Source: an uncultured Gemmatimonadales bacterium
Lineage (GTDB): Bacteria > Gemmatimonadota > Gemmatimonadetes > Gemmatimonadales > Gemmatimonadaceae
Reading direction: 5' to 3'
Assembly: GCA_963701965.1 (NCBI GenBank)
Contig: OY969695.1
Location: 2,592,001 to 2,656,000 of the forward strand
Length of the DNA: 64,000 nt
The notes below the pieces were generated by a model that saw only the letters and a program-made list of their open reading frames with translations, was not told the origin of the DNA and searched no databases. Positions 1-11,191 of the stretch are shown one piece after another (positions within the stretch are counted from its first letter, which is position 1; each line of letters starts with the position of its first letter). The position numbers were made by a program, and so were the translations under genes.

Positions 1-157
1 CGTTGCTTGCAGCCGCGTTGCTTGCAGCCGCGTTGCTTGCAGCCGCGTTGCTTGCAGCCGCGTTGCTTGCAGCCGCGTTGCTTGCAGCCGCGTTGCTTGC
101 AGCCGCGTTGCTTGCAGCCGCGTTGCTTGCAGCCGCGTTGCTTGCAGCCGCGTTGCT
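1..157. repeat. 15-bp tandem repeat (CGTTGCTTGCAGCCG) x~10.5, truncated by window edge; encodes (SNAAA)n on minus strand
   Basis: Perfect 15-bp periodicity read directly. Confidence 0.97.
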
Positions 158-477
158 CCCGCCTGCATCGCCGATTGCGTCGCGCGTACCGCGCCCGTCG
201 GCGATAGCCGACGGCGCCGGTGCCGCCGCGGGCGGGGCAGCCACCGCCGGCGCGTGAGACAGCGCGCCGAGCGCGCGAAGCGCGGCGGCGGGATGAACCG
301 CGGGCAAGGGCACGGCCCACGTCGGGACGACCGCGGGCAGGACGGGCAGGACGAGCAGTCCGCCGAGGACCGACGCCCACACGAATGGCGCGCGGCCGCC
401 GAGGATCTCCGGAGCACACCAATGACGGCAAAGGCGACGACGAGCAGCGCGGTCGCCCGCACGAACAAGTCAATCAT
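1..477 (-). CDS. BlaR1/M56-family peptidase N-terminus (partial; apparent 1-bp frameshift near 385)
   Basis: ATG at 477 just after blaI stop; MIDLFVRATALLVVAFAVIGVLRRSSAAARH, then in shifted frame VWASVLGGLLVLPVLP, typical M56 N-terminal TM segment. Confidence 0.75.
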   Translation of the reverse strand, partial: MIDLFVRATALLVVAFAVIGVLRRSSAAARHSCGRRSSADCSSCPSCPRSSRRGPCPCPRFIPPPRFARSARCLTRRRWLPRPRRHRRRRLSPTGAVRATQSAMQAGATRLQATRLQATRLQATRLQATRLQATRLQATRLQATRLQATRLQATRLQAT

Positions 478-480
478 AGT

Positions 481-870
481 TCAGCGCCCCTCCTCGCTAG
501 CGCGCCGAATGAGCGCAGTCAGCCGCGTTCGCTCGGCGGCCGTCAACGCGCGCGCCGAGCCATCGAGCAGCGCGGCAACCGCCTGCGCAGTGGACCCGTC
601 AAAGAACGTCGCCACGAGATGGGCCATGGCATTCTTCTGCGCCGCCTCACGCGGCACAGTGGGGACATAGACGTACCTCGGCCCGTCTTCCCAATGCCGC
701 ACATGCCCTTTGTCCTCGAGCGTCCGCAGCATAGCGCGGACCGCCGAGTAACTCGGCGGATCCGGCATCTCGGCCACGACGTCCGCGACGGTGCCTTGGC
801 CGCGTCGAAAGAGCACGTCCATGATCTGCCGCTCGCGGCGACTAAGCCGATTACTGAGAGCTTCCGCCAT
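481..870 (-). CDS. BlaI/MecI/CopY family transcriptional repressor
   Basis: LSRRERQIMDVL...YSAVRAMLRTLEDKGHV...FFDGS signature. Confidence 0.93.
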   Translation of the reverse strand: MAEALSNRLSRRERQIMDVLFRRGQGTVADVVAEMPDPPSYSAVRAMLRTLEDKGHVRHWEDGPRYVYVPTVPREAAQKNAMAHLVATFFDGSTAQAVAALLDGSARALTAAERTRLTALIRRASEEGR

Positions 871-905
871 GCTAGCTATCTAGCATCATGCTGAAAAACT
901 AGCAA
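869..905. promoter_or_regulatory. Tandem 18-bp palindromic operator, putative BlaI autoregulatory sites
   Basis: ATGCTAG-CTAT-CTAGCAT (869-886) and ATGCTGA-AAAA-CTAGCAA (888-905), overlapping the blaI start. Confidence 0.65.
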
Positions 906-2295
906 GTCCCACATCCGCCCGCCCGTCGACCCCATTGATCCCATTGATGCCACCGATCGGCAACCGCACGGTGGCCACGCACCCGGTCGCTTGAACCCGA
1001 TTGGCGAGGGTCACCGACCCTCCATGCGCCTCGGCGATCTGCCGGCTGAGCGCCAGCCCAATGCCAGAGCCATGGGGCTTGGTCGTATAGAACGGCACGA
1101 ACAGGTTGGCCGTCGCCCCGACGCCAGGCCCTTCGTCCTCGACCGCCACTTCGATATGCCCGTCCGCCGCGCTCCACCCGATAGTGACCCGCCCTCCAGT
1201 CTCCAACGACGCGTCGGTCGCATTCCGAACGAGATTGATCAACAACTGATCGAGCTGATCCGCGTCGCCGATGATGGCGACCGGCGCCCCGTCCGTGATC
1301 GCGACATCGAGCCGCGTCTCGATCGCCGCCGTCCGCCGAACCCACGCCGCGACGTCGACCACCGCTGCTCTGGGCGGCGGCAGCTGGGCGAGCCGCGCAT
1401 ACGATGACATGAACCGCGACAGCCCCTCCGATCGCCCGGCGATCACGGTGAGCCCGCGGATGACATCGGCGGCCAGATCCGGCGGCGGCGGATCCCGGCT
1501 CACGATGGAGCGGAGCGTGTGCGCGATGGACTGGATCGGCGCCAACGAGTTGTTGATCTCGTGGCTCAGCACCCGCACCAGTCGCCGCCAGGCCGCCAGC
1601 TCTTCCTCGCGCAGCGTCCGGCTCAAATCCGTGAGCACGAGCAACGAGTGGGGCCGGCCGTCCTGCCGGAACGTGCTCCGCCGCACCCCCCAACGCCCGG
1701 TCGCCCCGCCCGGAAACGTCAACTCCTCGACGCGCGGCACTTCGCCTTCCAACGATCGACCCAGACCCAGCGCGTCGGCGCTCCGTCCCAACAACCGCGG
1801 GGCGGGCTCGCCGAGGAGTTTCTCCCCGGCGCGATTGATGAGCCGGAGCCGGCCATCGTCGTCGAACGCGAACACGCCGAGGTCGATCTCGGCCATGACC
1901 GTTCGCAGCAGCGCCGCCGCTTCCAGCTCGCCGAGCCGCCAGCTGCGCAGCTGCTGGCTGAGCAGGTTGGTCTCGAGCAGGGCCAGGCCGAGGGCGTCTT
2001 CCGGGTACGCGCTGGTCGCCCGCATGGAGTAGTCGCCTTCGCGCAGCGCGGCGACCATGTTCGACAAACTCTGGAGGGGCCGCACCACCGCGGCCCGCAG
2101 CGCGAGCGCCCCGCCGATCCAGGCGCCGAGCAGCACCAATACGATCGTGGCGCGCGCGGCGCCGGTCAGCGGCGTGCGTGCGAGGTAATAGGCACTGAGC
2201 AGGAGCGCCGGCACGGCCGGCGCCAGCGCCAAGAACAGCACGCGGCGCTCGTGGTTCCGTCGCCGGCCAAGACGCGGGGGCCGTTCACCGGCCAT
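886..2295 (-). CDS. Membrane sensor histidine kinase (HAMP/PAS-like/HATPase)
   Basis: Two TM helices, H-box LSHEINNSL, N-box NLVRNA, DEGPG, FYTTKPHGSGIGL. Confidence 0.93.
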   Translation of the reverse strand: MAGERPPRLGRRRNHERRVLFLALAPAVPALLLSAYYLARTPLTGAARATIVLVLLGAWIGGALALRAAVVRPLQSLSNMVAALREGDYSMRATSAYPEDALGLALLETNLLSQQLRSWRLGELEAAALLRTVMAEIDLGVFAFDDDGRLRLINRAGEKLLGEPAPRLLGRSADALGLGRSLEGEVPRVEELTFPGGATGRWGVRRSTFRQDGRPHSLLVLTDLSRTLREEELAAWRRLVRVLSHEINNSLAPIQSIAHTLRSIVSRDPPPPDLAADVIRGLTVIAGRSEGLSRFMSSYARLAQLPPPRAAVVDVAAWVRRTAAIETRLDVAITDGAPVAIIGDADQLDQLLINLVRNATDASLETGGRVTIGWSAADGHIEVAVEDEGPGVGATANLFVPFYTTKPHGSGIGLALSRQIAEAHGGSVTLANRVQATGCVATVRLPIGGINGINGVDGRADVGLASFSA

Positions 2296-3646
2296 TACTC
2301 TCCAGACGGCGATAGAGCGCGCTCCGGCTGAGCCCCAGTGCTTTGGCGGCGGCGCTCACGTTGCCGTCGCAGCGGCTGAGCGCCCGCTCAATGAGCACGC
2401 GCTCCGCTTCTTCCAGCGTCATGTCCTCCAACCGCGCGGTCGGCCCGCCACTCGGCGGCCGGAGCCCCAGGTCCACGGCCTGCACGGCATTGCCGGAGGC
2501 CATGAGCACGCCGCGCTCGACGGCGTTCTCCAACTGACGCACGTTCCCGGGCCAGCCATACTCGAGCAGCGCGTGCACGGCTCCCGTATCGAAGCCCAGT
2601 CCGCGGCGCCCGTAGTGCGTGGCGTGCCGCTCGAGAAAGTAGCGCCCCAGCGGCAAGATGTCGTCGCGCCGCTCGCGGAGCGGCGGCAGCGCGATCTCAA
2701 TGGTGTTGAGGCGAAAGAGCAGGTCTTCCCGGAACCGGCCCGCGGCCACTTCGTCGGCCAGCACCGCGTTGGTGGCCGCCAATATCCGGACGTCGACGCG
2801 CCGCGGGCGCGAGGAGCCGACGCGCTCCACTTCGCGGGTCTGCAGCACGCGCAGGAGCTTGGCCTGCTGGGCCATCGACACGTTGGCGACTTCGTCGAGG
2901 AAGAGCGACCCGCCGTCGGCCAACTCGAACCGCCCCATGCGGTCCGCGCGCGCGTCGGTGAACGCGCCTTTGACGTGCCCAAACAGCTCGCTCTCGAACA
3001 CGCCATCGGCCAGCCCGCCGAGATTCACCGCGACAAACGATCGCCCGGCCCGCATCGAGGCGCTGTGCAGCCACTGCGCGACAAGCTCTTTGCCGGTGCC
3101 GTGCTCGCCGGTGATGAGCACATTGGCGTCCGACGGCGCGATACGCGCCATCAGCTCCAGCACGGGCCGCATGCGCGGCGACTCGGCGATGAGGAGCGGC
3201 CGCCCCGGCGTCGGCCGCAGCGCTTCCAGCTCGTTCTCCAGCTGCCGCCCGGCGCGCAGCGCGTGGGCCATCTCGACCTGCCGCCGCATGGTCGCGATGA
3301 GCCGCGCGTTCTCCCACGGCTTCTCGATATAGTCGTAAGCGCCGCGCCGCATGGCCTCGACGGCGAGGTCGATGCTCGACCACGCGGTCATGACGGTCAC
3401 CGGCAGCGTGGCATCGAGCGCTTTGATGCGGGCCAGGAGCTCCATGCCCTCGCGGCCCGACGTCGTGTCGCGCGCGTAATTGAGATCGATCAGCGCGCCA
3501 TCGAACTCCTGCCGCTCCACGGCAGCCAATATCCCCGCGGGCGACCGCGCGCTCTCCAGCTCGAACCCCTCGGCTTTGAGCAGAAGCGCCAGCGCCTCGA
3601 TGATGTCGGGCTGGTCGTCCGCGACGAGCAAACGCGGCCGCTTCAT
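2285..3646 (-). CDS. Sigma54-dependent NtrC-family response regulator
   Basis: Receiver domain, GEHGTGKE, GAFTDA, FLDEV, WPGNVRQL, Fis-type HTH. Confidence 0.95.
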   Translation of the reverse strand: MKRPRLLVADDQPDIIEALALLLKAEGFELESARSPAGILAAVERQEFDGALIDLNYARDTTSGREGMELLARIKALDATLPVTVMTAWSSIDLAVEAMRRGAYDYIEKPWENARLIATMRRQVEMAHALRAGRQLENELEALRPTPGRPLLIAESPRMRPVLELMARIAPSDANVLITGEHGTGKELVAQWLHSASMRAGRSFVAVNLGGLADGVFESELFGHVKGAFTDARADRMGRFELADGGSLFLDEVANVSMAQQAKLLRVLQTREVERVGSSRPRRVDVRILAATNAVLADEVAAGRFREDLLFRLNTIEIALPPLRERRDDILPLGRYFLERHATHYGRRGLGFDTGAVHALLEYGWPGNVRQLENAVERGVLMASGNAVQAVDLGLRPPSGGPTARLEDMTLEEAERVLIERALSRCDGNVSAAAKALGLSRSALYRRLESNGR

Positions 3647-3665
3647 AGTAGATGGAATTTAGGCC

Positions 3666-6114
3666 TCACTCGGCGCGCAGCGCGACGACGGGATCGACGC
3701 GCGCCGCCCTCCGGGCGGGGAGATAGCTGGCCACGGCCGCCACGGTCCCGAGAATCCCGACCACCGCCACCAGCGTGACCGGGTCGCTCGGACCAATGCC
3801 GTACAGGAGCGACCGCATGGCGCGGCCCAGCGCCACCGCGCCGCCGGCGCCCACCACCAAGCCGGTCCCCACCAGCGCGGCCGCGCTCCACGCGATCAGT
3901 CGGACAATGTCCCCGGCGCGCGCGCCCAGCGCCTTTCTGATCCCCATCTCGGCGGTCCGCTGCGTCACGGAATAGGCGATGACGCCATAGAGGCCGAGCG
4001 CGGCCAAGATCAACGCGACACCCGAGAACAGCGTCAGCAGGGACATGACGAGCCGCTGGCGCGAGACGCTGAAGTCGATCGCGGTGTCGCCGGTCGACAG
4101 ATCCCGCACGGGCATATCGGGATCGATCGCCGCGACGGCCCGCCGGATCGGGTTGATCAGCGACGCCGGTGGCATGGACGTGCGCACGTACACGCCGCCG
4201 GCGGCATACGGGTGGGTGATCGGCAGATACACGGCCGGAAAAGGCTTCTCGTCCAGCGTGAACTTCTTCACGTCGCCCGCGATGCCGATCACGACGGTCC
4301 GGATCGGCGTGCCGAACCCCTGATCGCCGTGCGCGCCATTGAGCACCGTCATCACGTGTCCGATCGGATTCGCGTTCGGCCAGTAGCGTTTGGCCGCGGT
4401 GGCGCTCACGATCGCGGGGATGGTCCCGCTCAGCATGTCGGCGTCGGTGAAGTCGCGGCCCATGGTGATCGGTATGCCCAGAGTCGCGAAGTAGCGCGCG
4501 CTCGCGGTCTCGAATATCGCGCCCACGGTGTCAGCGACGGCGTCGCGTCCGTCAGGCCCGACCTGCGTGAAGGTGCCCCCGCTATTCAGGGGCCCATGGT
4601 TGACCAGCGCCGCCGACCGCACGCCGGGCATCTGCGTGGCGGCCATGACACGCTGGTAGAGCGCGAACCGCGAGGCGTCATCGGTATACTTGCCCTTCGG
4701 CGGCGCGAAATCCCAGGTGATGAGAATGGCTGGTATCGAACCCCGGATCGACGGCGCGCAGGAGCGCGAAGCTCCGGATGAGCAGGCCGGCGCCGGAGAT
4801 GAGCACGACCGAGAGGGCGATTTGCGCGGTAACGATCGCGGAACGCAGCCGGAGTCCGCGGCGCGCAGCGCTGGAGCCGCGGCCGCCAGCCTTGAGCGCC
4901 GGGACGAGATCGCGCCGCCCGGAGACGGCCAACGGCGCCAGTCCGCACAGAATCGCCGCCAGCGAGGTCGCCGCCAGCGCCGCGCCGAGCGCGCGCCAGT
5001 CCAGATGGACTTCTTCCAGCCGCGGGATGTTGTCGGGCGCCGCGCCCACAAAGATCCGCACAGCGGCGAACGCGAGGACCACGCCCAGCACGCCGCCGGC
5101 GACCGCGACCAGGCCGCTTTCCGCGAGCAGCGCGCGCGCGATGCGCCCTCGCGTGGCGCCGAGTGCCGTTCGCACGGCGATCTCCCGATCGCGCGCCGTG
5201 GCACGGACCAGCGCCAGGTTCGCGACATCGGCACAAGCCAGGAGCAGCACCAGGACCACGCCCACGGTCAGCACGGCGAACGCGGGACCGATATCGCCGA
5301 CCACTTGATCGCGCAGCGGCGGGAGCGCGATGAACTGGAACGCCGAATCCGAGGCGGGATAGGCCACCGCCAGGCTGGCGGCGATCGTCGCCATCTCGCG
5401 CTCGGCTTGCCCGCGCGTGACGCCGGGCTTCAACCGGGCCAGCGTGCGCGCATCGGCGTGGCTCGTCCGCTTGCCGTGCCCACCGCGCATGACGTAGGGC
5501 GCACTCTCTAACGGGATGTAGAGCTCGGCGCGCCTCCCGGGCACCCAGTCGGGATAGGCCTGCCCGACGTCGAGCACGCCGACGATCGTGTAGGTGCCAA
5601 TGGTGAGATCGAGGGCACGTCCCACGACCCGCGTGTCGCCCGCGAAGTCGTTCAGCCACATCTCGTGCGACAACACCGCGACGGGTGCGGCGCCCGGACG
5701 GTTGTCCTCCGGCGTGATCAGGCGGCCGATCGCGGGTCGGGCCCGCAGCAGCGGGAAGAAGTCGTCGGTGACCATGGCGGCCAGGATCGACTCGCTACCG
5801 CCGGCCCGGCGATACGTGACTCCGTCGCCGGTGATATAGGCGAAGCCGGAGAAGACGTCCTGCTGCCGGTGGAAGTCCTGGAACGCGGGGTACGACAGCA
5901 CAGTCGAATCGCGGCCGCGCGTCGTCGCCAGGACGCTCACCAGCTGCTCGGATTCGGCGAAGGGGAGCGGCTTGAGGAGCACGCTGCCCACCACGGTGAA
6001 GGCGGCCGTCGTGGCGCCGATGCCGATCGCCAGGGTGGCGATGGCGACGATCGTGTACAGGGGAGTCCGGGCGAGCGCGCGCCACGCGTGGCGCACCTCG
6101 TCGACCGCGGTCAT
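3666..6114 (-). CDS. ADOP/MacB-like duplicated ABC permease (apparent +1 frameshift near 4726)
   Basis: N-half LAIGIGATTAAF...REIAVRTALGA continues in another frame to GLYGVIAYSVTQRTAEMGIRKALGA...PARRAARVDPVVALRAE. Confidence 0.85.
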
Positions 6115-6842
6115 GCCATCCACCCGTCGCGGAGCGTCACGATGCGACGGCCAGCGGCGGCGTTTTCCTCGGAGTGGGTGACCTGCACGATGGTCGTGCC
6201 GCGCGCGTTGAGCTCGCGAAAGAGGGCCATGATCTCGCGGCCCTGGCTCGAGTGGAGATTGCCGGTCGGCTCGTCGGCCAGGATCACGGCGGGCGCGGCG
6301 ATCACGGCGCGCGCGATCCCGACGAGCTGCTGTTGCCCGCCCGACAGCTGGCGGGGATAGAGATCTTTCTTGCCGACGATGCCAAACCGGTCGAGCGTGT
6401 CGGCGACCAACGCCTGCCGCTGGGCGCGCGGCACGTCGCGATACGACAGCGGGACGTCGAGGTTCTCCGCCACGGTCAGGTCATCGAGCAGGTGATACTG
6501 CTGGAACACGAACCCGATGTGGCGCTTCCCGAGCGCGACGCGGGACTTGTGGGGCAGGGCGTGCACGGCCTGGCCGGCCAGGTGGTACTCGCCGGACCAA
6601 CCCGAGTCCAACATCCCGAGGAGGTTGAGGAGCGTCGACTTGCCGGCGCCGGACGGGCCCATGATGGACACGAAATCGCCGGCGGCGATGTCGAGCGTGA
6701 TGTTGCGCAGCACGTAGGTCCGGTTGCCCCCGGCCTCGTACCACCGTTCGACTCCGCGGAGCCCGATCAACGGCTCGCCCGGCTGGGCGACCGGCGGCGG
6801 CGGCTCGACCGCCGTTTCGGTCCGTCTCGACCAGATCATCAT
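6111..6842 (-). CDS. ABC transporter ATP-binding protein (LolD/MacB-like)
   Basis: GPSGAGKS, LSGGQQQ, ADEPTGNL; ATGA overlap with upstream gene. Confidence 0.93.
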   Translation of the reverse strand: MMIWSRRTETAVEPPPPVAQPGEPLIGLRGVERWYEAGGNRTYVLRNITLDIAAGDFVSIMGPSGAGKSTLLNLLGMLDSGWSGEYHLAGQAVHALPHKSRVALGKRHIGFVFQQYHLLDDLTVAENLDVPLSYRDVPRAQRQALVADTLDRFGIVGKKDLYPRQLSGGQQQLVGIARAVIAAPAVILADEPTGNLHSSQGREIMALFRELNARGTTIVQVTHSEENAAAGRRIVTLRDGWMA

Positions 6843-7159
6843 GTGGGGCAACCTGACGGCGGGGCGGCGCTGACGGCAAGGACCCGCGACGGGCCGTGGC
6901 CGGCCACCTGCACACAGACCGACGAGGCCAGCATGTGGCGCGAGGCGTTCACCAGGAAGATCGCCGCGAGCAGCTCGCCGATCAGGAGACCACGGCGGAA
7001 CCAGCCCCGCGGCGGCCGCACGAGCCCGACGCGGAGGTCATCGATCGCCGAGGCCACCACGGGGATCACCCCGCAGGCCACGACCAATGCCACGACCGCC
7101 ACATTGCTGAGGCGGATCGCCGACCCGGCCAACAAGACCCCGCTGATCTCTGTCATCAC
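6839..7159 (-). CDS. Small hypothetical membrane protein
   Basis: Hydrophobic ORF filling the operon gap; stop overlaps next ATG. Confidence 0.5.
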   Translation of the reverse strand: MMTEISGVLLAGSAIRLSNVAVVALVVACGVIPVVASAIDDLRVGLVRPPRGWFRRGLLIGELLAAIFLVNASRHMLASSVCVQVAGHGPSRVLAVSAAPPSGCPT

Positions 7160-7182
7160 CCGCCCCCGCCCCCAAGTCTCTG

Positions 7183-7934
<752 letters not shown>

Positions 7935-7938
<4 letters not shown>

Positions 7939-9179
7939 TCTACCCGGACCTTGTTGACGTTGTCCCACGCGGACATATCGGAAATGATCACATGGTCGCC
8001 GGCCACGAGTCCCTGCAGGACTTCAATAGTGGTGACCGAACTCTTGCCGAGCTTCACGGTGCGACGCACCGCAGTCCTGCCATCGGGTCCTATCGTGAAC
8101 AACGTGACGGTGCCGTCGGGCTGGCCGAACGCCGGGCGACCCACGTACAGCACGTTGTCCAACCGCTCGATCTCGATCGTGCCGTCGACGCTGAGATCGG
8201 CGCGGGCGCCGTCGGGAAGCTTGCCCTCGAGCGAGACGTCGACGCCCACAGTGCCATTCTGCACGGACGGATCGATGCGCTCGACGCGTCCCGGCACGGT
8301 GCCATTGCGCGTGTCCACGGAGACGACTTGGCCGACGATGACGTCCTTGGCCTGGGTCTCGGGCACGTTGAGCACGGCCTTGAGTTTCCCGGGCTGGGCG
8401 ACGCGCGCCAGCATGAGCCCCGGAGTCACCCATTGTCCGAGCAGCAGCGGCAGCTCCTGCAACACGCCGGGCTCGCCGGCCGTCACATGCATCGACTGGA
8501 TGCGCCCTTGTTGGAACCGGGAGATCGCCTTGAGGTGCTCGACTTGCTCGGTCTGCAGCGCAATCTGCTGGTCGATCGATGAGGTCAACACCGCGAGGCG
8601 GTCGCGCTCGATCTGGAGCTTGGTCTTCGTGGACGTGGCGGCATCGCGGGCCCGGGCCAGCTCGTTGCTGCCGGCCAACCCTTTCCCATCAAGCGTCTGA
8701 AAGACGGTCTGGTTGCGCGCGGCCTCATTGGCGTCCATCTCCGCGGTCGATACCGCGGACGCCTGCGTGAGGCGCTGATTCTCCAATGATTGCTTGAGCG
8801 CGACTAGCGCGCCCTCGGCGACCGAGAGTTGCCGTTCGGCGTCCAAAGCCTCGAGCTGCACGTCGGGGTTCGATAGCTGCGCGATCACGGTCTCAGGCGT
8901 CACGGTCACGCCGGCTTTGATCGGCAGGGTCTCGACGCGCCCCGCGGTCACAGCCGCGATGATGCGGACGTGATCGGGCAGCAGCGTGCCTGGGGCGCGC
9001 ACTTGCCTCAGCATGGTCCCGCGGCGCACCGAGTCGATCCACAGCGTGCTTCTCTCCACTGATGGTGGACGGGATTCCAGTCGGCTGACCGACACGGAAA
9101 GCGCGGTGATCGCGACGACGGCGCCCGCAATGATCAGATACCGGCGGCGGGATTTTGGTTTGCTACGAACGATGTCCAT
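7935..9179 (-). CDS. HlyD/RND-type periplasmic adaptor subunit
   Basis: N-terminal TM, VRRGTMLRQVRAPG, coiled coil, ARADLSVDGTIEIERL. Confidence 0.9.
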
Positions 9180-9191
9180 GGCCACCTGTAT

Positions 9192-9308
9192 ATGGAAGTC
9201 GTGTGCCGGCCGGGGTTGGCGGCTAATGTGTTGATTTTATTGCGGTTGCATGATGAGCAACCGGATGGTGTTCACCCGACGCTGGGAACGACCGTCCCAG
9301 AATCGGAC
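9192..9308 (-). promoter_or_regulatory. Putative sigma54 promoter with IHF site and upstream activator palindrome
   Basis: CGGCAC-ACGAC-TTCCAT (9208-9192; -12 variant), AATCAACACATTA matches WATCAANNNNTTR (9236-9224), GTCC-N7-GGAC (9294-9308). Confidence 0.55.
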
Positions 9309-9321
9309 AGGCGCCGGCCGG

Positions 9322-9741
9322 CTAACGCCGGGCGCGAACGCCGGCGTAGAGCGTGAGCGCGACCAACACGGCGAGGCCAATAAACACGATCGCGATCATG
9401 TGCGAGGCCAGGCCGAGGGCGGCACGCATGGCCGCGACCTGGATGATGGACATGAACGTGACGGTGCCAAAGGCAACGATCTCGACCGACTCACGGGCCC
9501 GGGGATCGTTGGCCCGCCGGGGGTCGAGGCGGACGGCGATCTGCATCGAGACGAAGATGAGCGCGGTGACCACTGGCAGGAACCACGCGCCGAACTCCCG
9601 GCTTGCCCAACGGGTCGGCTGGCCATCGAGACCCCACTTCATGGGGACGCGCGCGGGCAGGCTCGGGTACACGGAGAGCGTGTACACGACAGCCACGGCG
9701 AGCGCCGCGACGGGCACCAGGGTTCTCAGAAGTCGGCCCAT
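9322..9741 (-). CDS. DUF1648/SdpI-like membrane protein
   Basis: YPSLPARVPMKWGLDGQPTRWAS motif followed by TM helices. Confidence 0.75.
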   Translation of the reverse strand: MGRLLRTLVPVAALAVAVVYTLSVYPSLPARVPMKWGLDGQPTRWASREFGAWFLPVVTALIFVSMQIAVRLDPRRANDPRARESVEIVAFGTVTFMSIIQVAAMRAALGLASHMIAIVFIGLAVLVALTLYAGVRARR

Positions 9742-9789
9742 ATCTTTTGGACGACCTTAGCGTACAAACCGATTCAGGGAGACTGCATT

Positions 9790-10215
9790 ATGCCGACACG
9801 TCACGCGACCGCCACGTGGGAAGGGGGTCTGCAAAAAGGAAAGGGATCGTTCTCCGGCGAGAGCGGCGCCATTGGGGCGTCGTACTCGTTCGGTTCGCGG
9901 TTCGAGAATGCCAAAGGCTCCAACCCCGAAGAGCTGCTCGCGGCCGCCGAGGCCGCGTGCTATAGCATGGCGCTGGCCGCCGGGTTGGAGCAAGCCGGCA
10001 CGCCGGCGACGCGGGTGGACACGCGCGCGACCTGCACCATTGAGAAACAAGGCGCCGGGTTCACCATCACCGGCATCACGTTGGTCGTGAAGGCCAGCGT
10101 CCCCGGCATCGATGCCGCCAAGTTCAAGAAGGCGACCGAGGACACCAAGGAGAACTGTCCGGTATCCAAGGCGCTCAAGGCCGTGCCCATCACGCTGGAC
10201 GCGCAGTTGGTGTAA
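9790..10215 (+). CDS. osmC: OsmC family peroxiredoxin
   Basis: ATATWEG...SRFE...NPEELLAAAEAACYSMAL...CPVSKAL; GGAG RBS. Confidence 0.93.
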   Translation: MPTRHATATWEGGLQKGKGSFSGESGAIGASYSFGSRFENAKGSNPEELLAAAEAACYSMALAAGLEQAGTPATRVDTRATCTIEKQGAGFTITGITLVVKASVPGIDAAKFKKATEDTKENCPVSKALKAVPITLDAQLV

Positions 10216-10245
10216 GCGGGCGGCCGGAGTAGCCGCGACCGGTGA

Positions 10246-10692
10246 TCAGTGGTTCGCCACCAGCGTGGCGCGCAGCATGGTCACCGTGTCCGCGGTGTCG
10301 AAGGGGAACCCCGGCGCCGGACCGGTGCTCTGCCGGATCAGCATGTTGAAGTGATTCGAGTCGCCGCCAAACGCGCCGCGCACCTGCAGCGTGTCGTGGC
10401 TCGCGTCAGCGATGCTGAGATTGACCGGCATGATCAACGGGCAGGGACAGTTGCAACCGCAACCCGCGACTCCCGTGTTGCGGCCCGCGATACTCAAGGC
10501 CATCGCGCCGATGGACCCTGTCCCGGCGATCGAGTCGCCGGTCTGAATGAGCGTGAGTGTGAGGACGCGCTGGGCCGTGTCGGTCGCGCTCCACATGCCG
10601 TTCACTGACGGACCACGCGCGGTCGCCGAGGTCGGGGCGCTCGAGCAGGCGGCGACGAGGATCAGGGCGGAGACTACGAGACACAAGCGCAA
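10246..10692 (-). CDS. Hypothetical lipoprotein with CGCNCPC cluster
   Basis: Lipobox LVAAC; GGAG upstream. Confidence 0.65.
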   Translation of the reverse strand: MRLCLVVSALILVAACSSAPTSATARGPSVNGMWSATDTAQRVLTLTLIQTGDSIAGTGSIGAMALSIAGRNTGVAGCGCNCPCPLIMPVNLSIADASHDTLQVRGAFGGDSNHFNMLIRQSTGPAPGFPFDTADTVTMLRATLVANH

Positions 10693-10704
10693 GCGAGCCC
10701 TCCT

Positions 10705-11181
10705 TTATGCCTGGATGGACCCCCGCCGGTCGGATCGGGTCACGGGCGCGGCCGCGCATGTCCGGTCCAGCCAGCGGCGAAAAGTGTAGTCGGCGCCAAA
10801 GTAGGGCAGGACGTAGGCCACGGACCAGAGCGCGATCTGGGCATTGATCAATCGTCCATGCGGCCACCGATCGAGCCCGATGAGGATCAAGAGCGCGCTC
10901 AGGGTCAGGACGAGGCCGAGGAGGGCCGTGAACCGGAGCTCGTAGCGGACCCGCCAGGGCTCGCCGGCGTTGGCGCCAATGGTGACGCGTCCGGACGAGA
11001 TGGCCAATGACACACCTCCGGCGGCCAGCCGCCAGGGCGGCGGCATCCAGAAAGCGAACCCTCCAATGACGGAGTGGTCGACGCGGGCGCCGATCGCGGA
11101 CAGTTCGTGTCCGACGTGGAACAGAATCTCCCGCGTCTGGCGTGCCGTGGGCTGCGGATCGAGCGGAAGGGATCTCACCAC
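10705..11181 (-). CDS. Hypothetical membrane protein
   Basis: Two TM helices, operon-like spacing. Confidence 0.55.
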   Translation of the reverse strand: MVRSLPLDPQPTARQTREILFHVGHELSAIGARVDHSVIGGFAFWMPPPWRLAAGGVSLAISSGRVTIGANAGEPWRVRYELRFTALLGLVLTLSALLILIGLDRWPHGRLINAQIALWSVAYVLPYFGADYTFRRWLDRTCAAAPVTRSDRRGSIQA

Positions 11182-11191
11182 GGCGCCGCCG

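Noticed and set aside
3..257. Plus-strand poly(LAAAL) or (QPRCL)n ORFs
   Set aside because: Alternate readings of the 15-bp repeat; gene context supports the minus-strand M56 frame
931..950. 9-bp repeat (GINGING) at the kinase C-terminus
   Set aside because: Short low-complexity tail with no evidence of function
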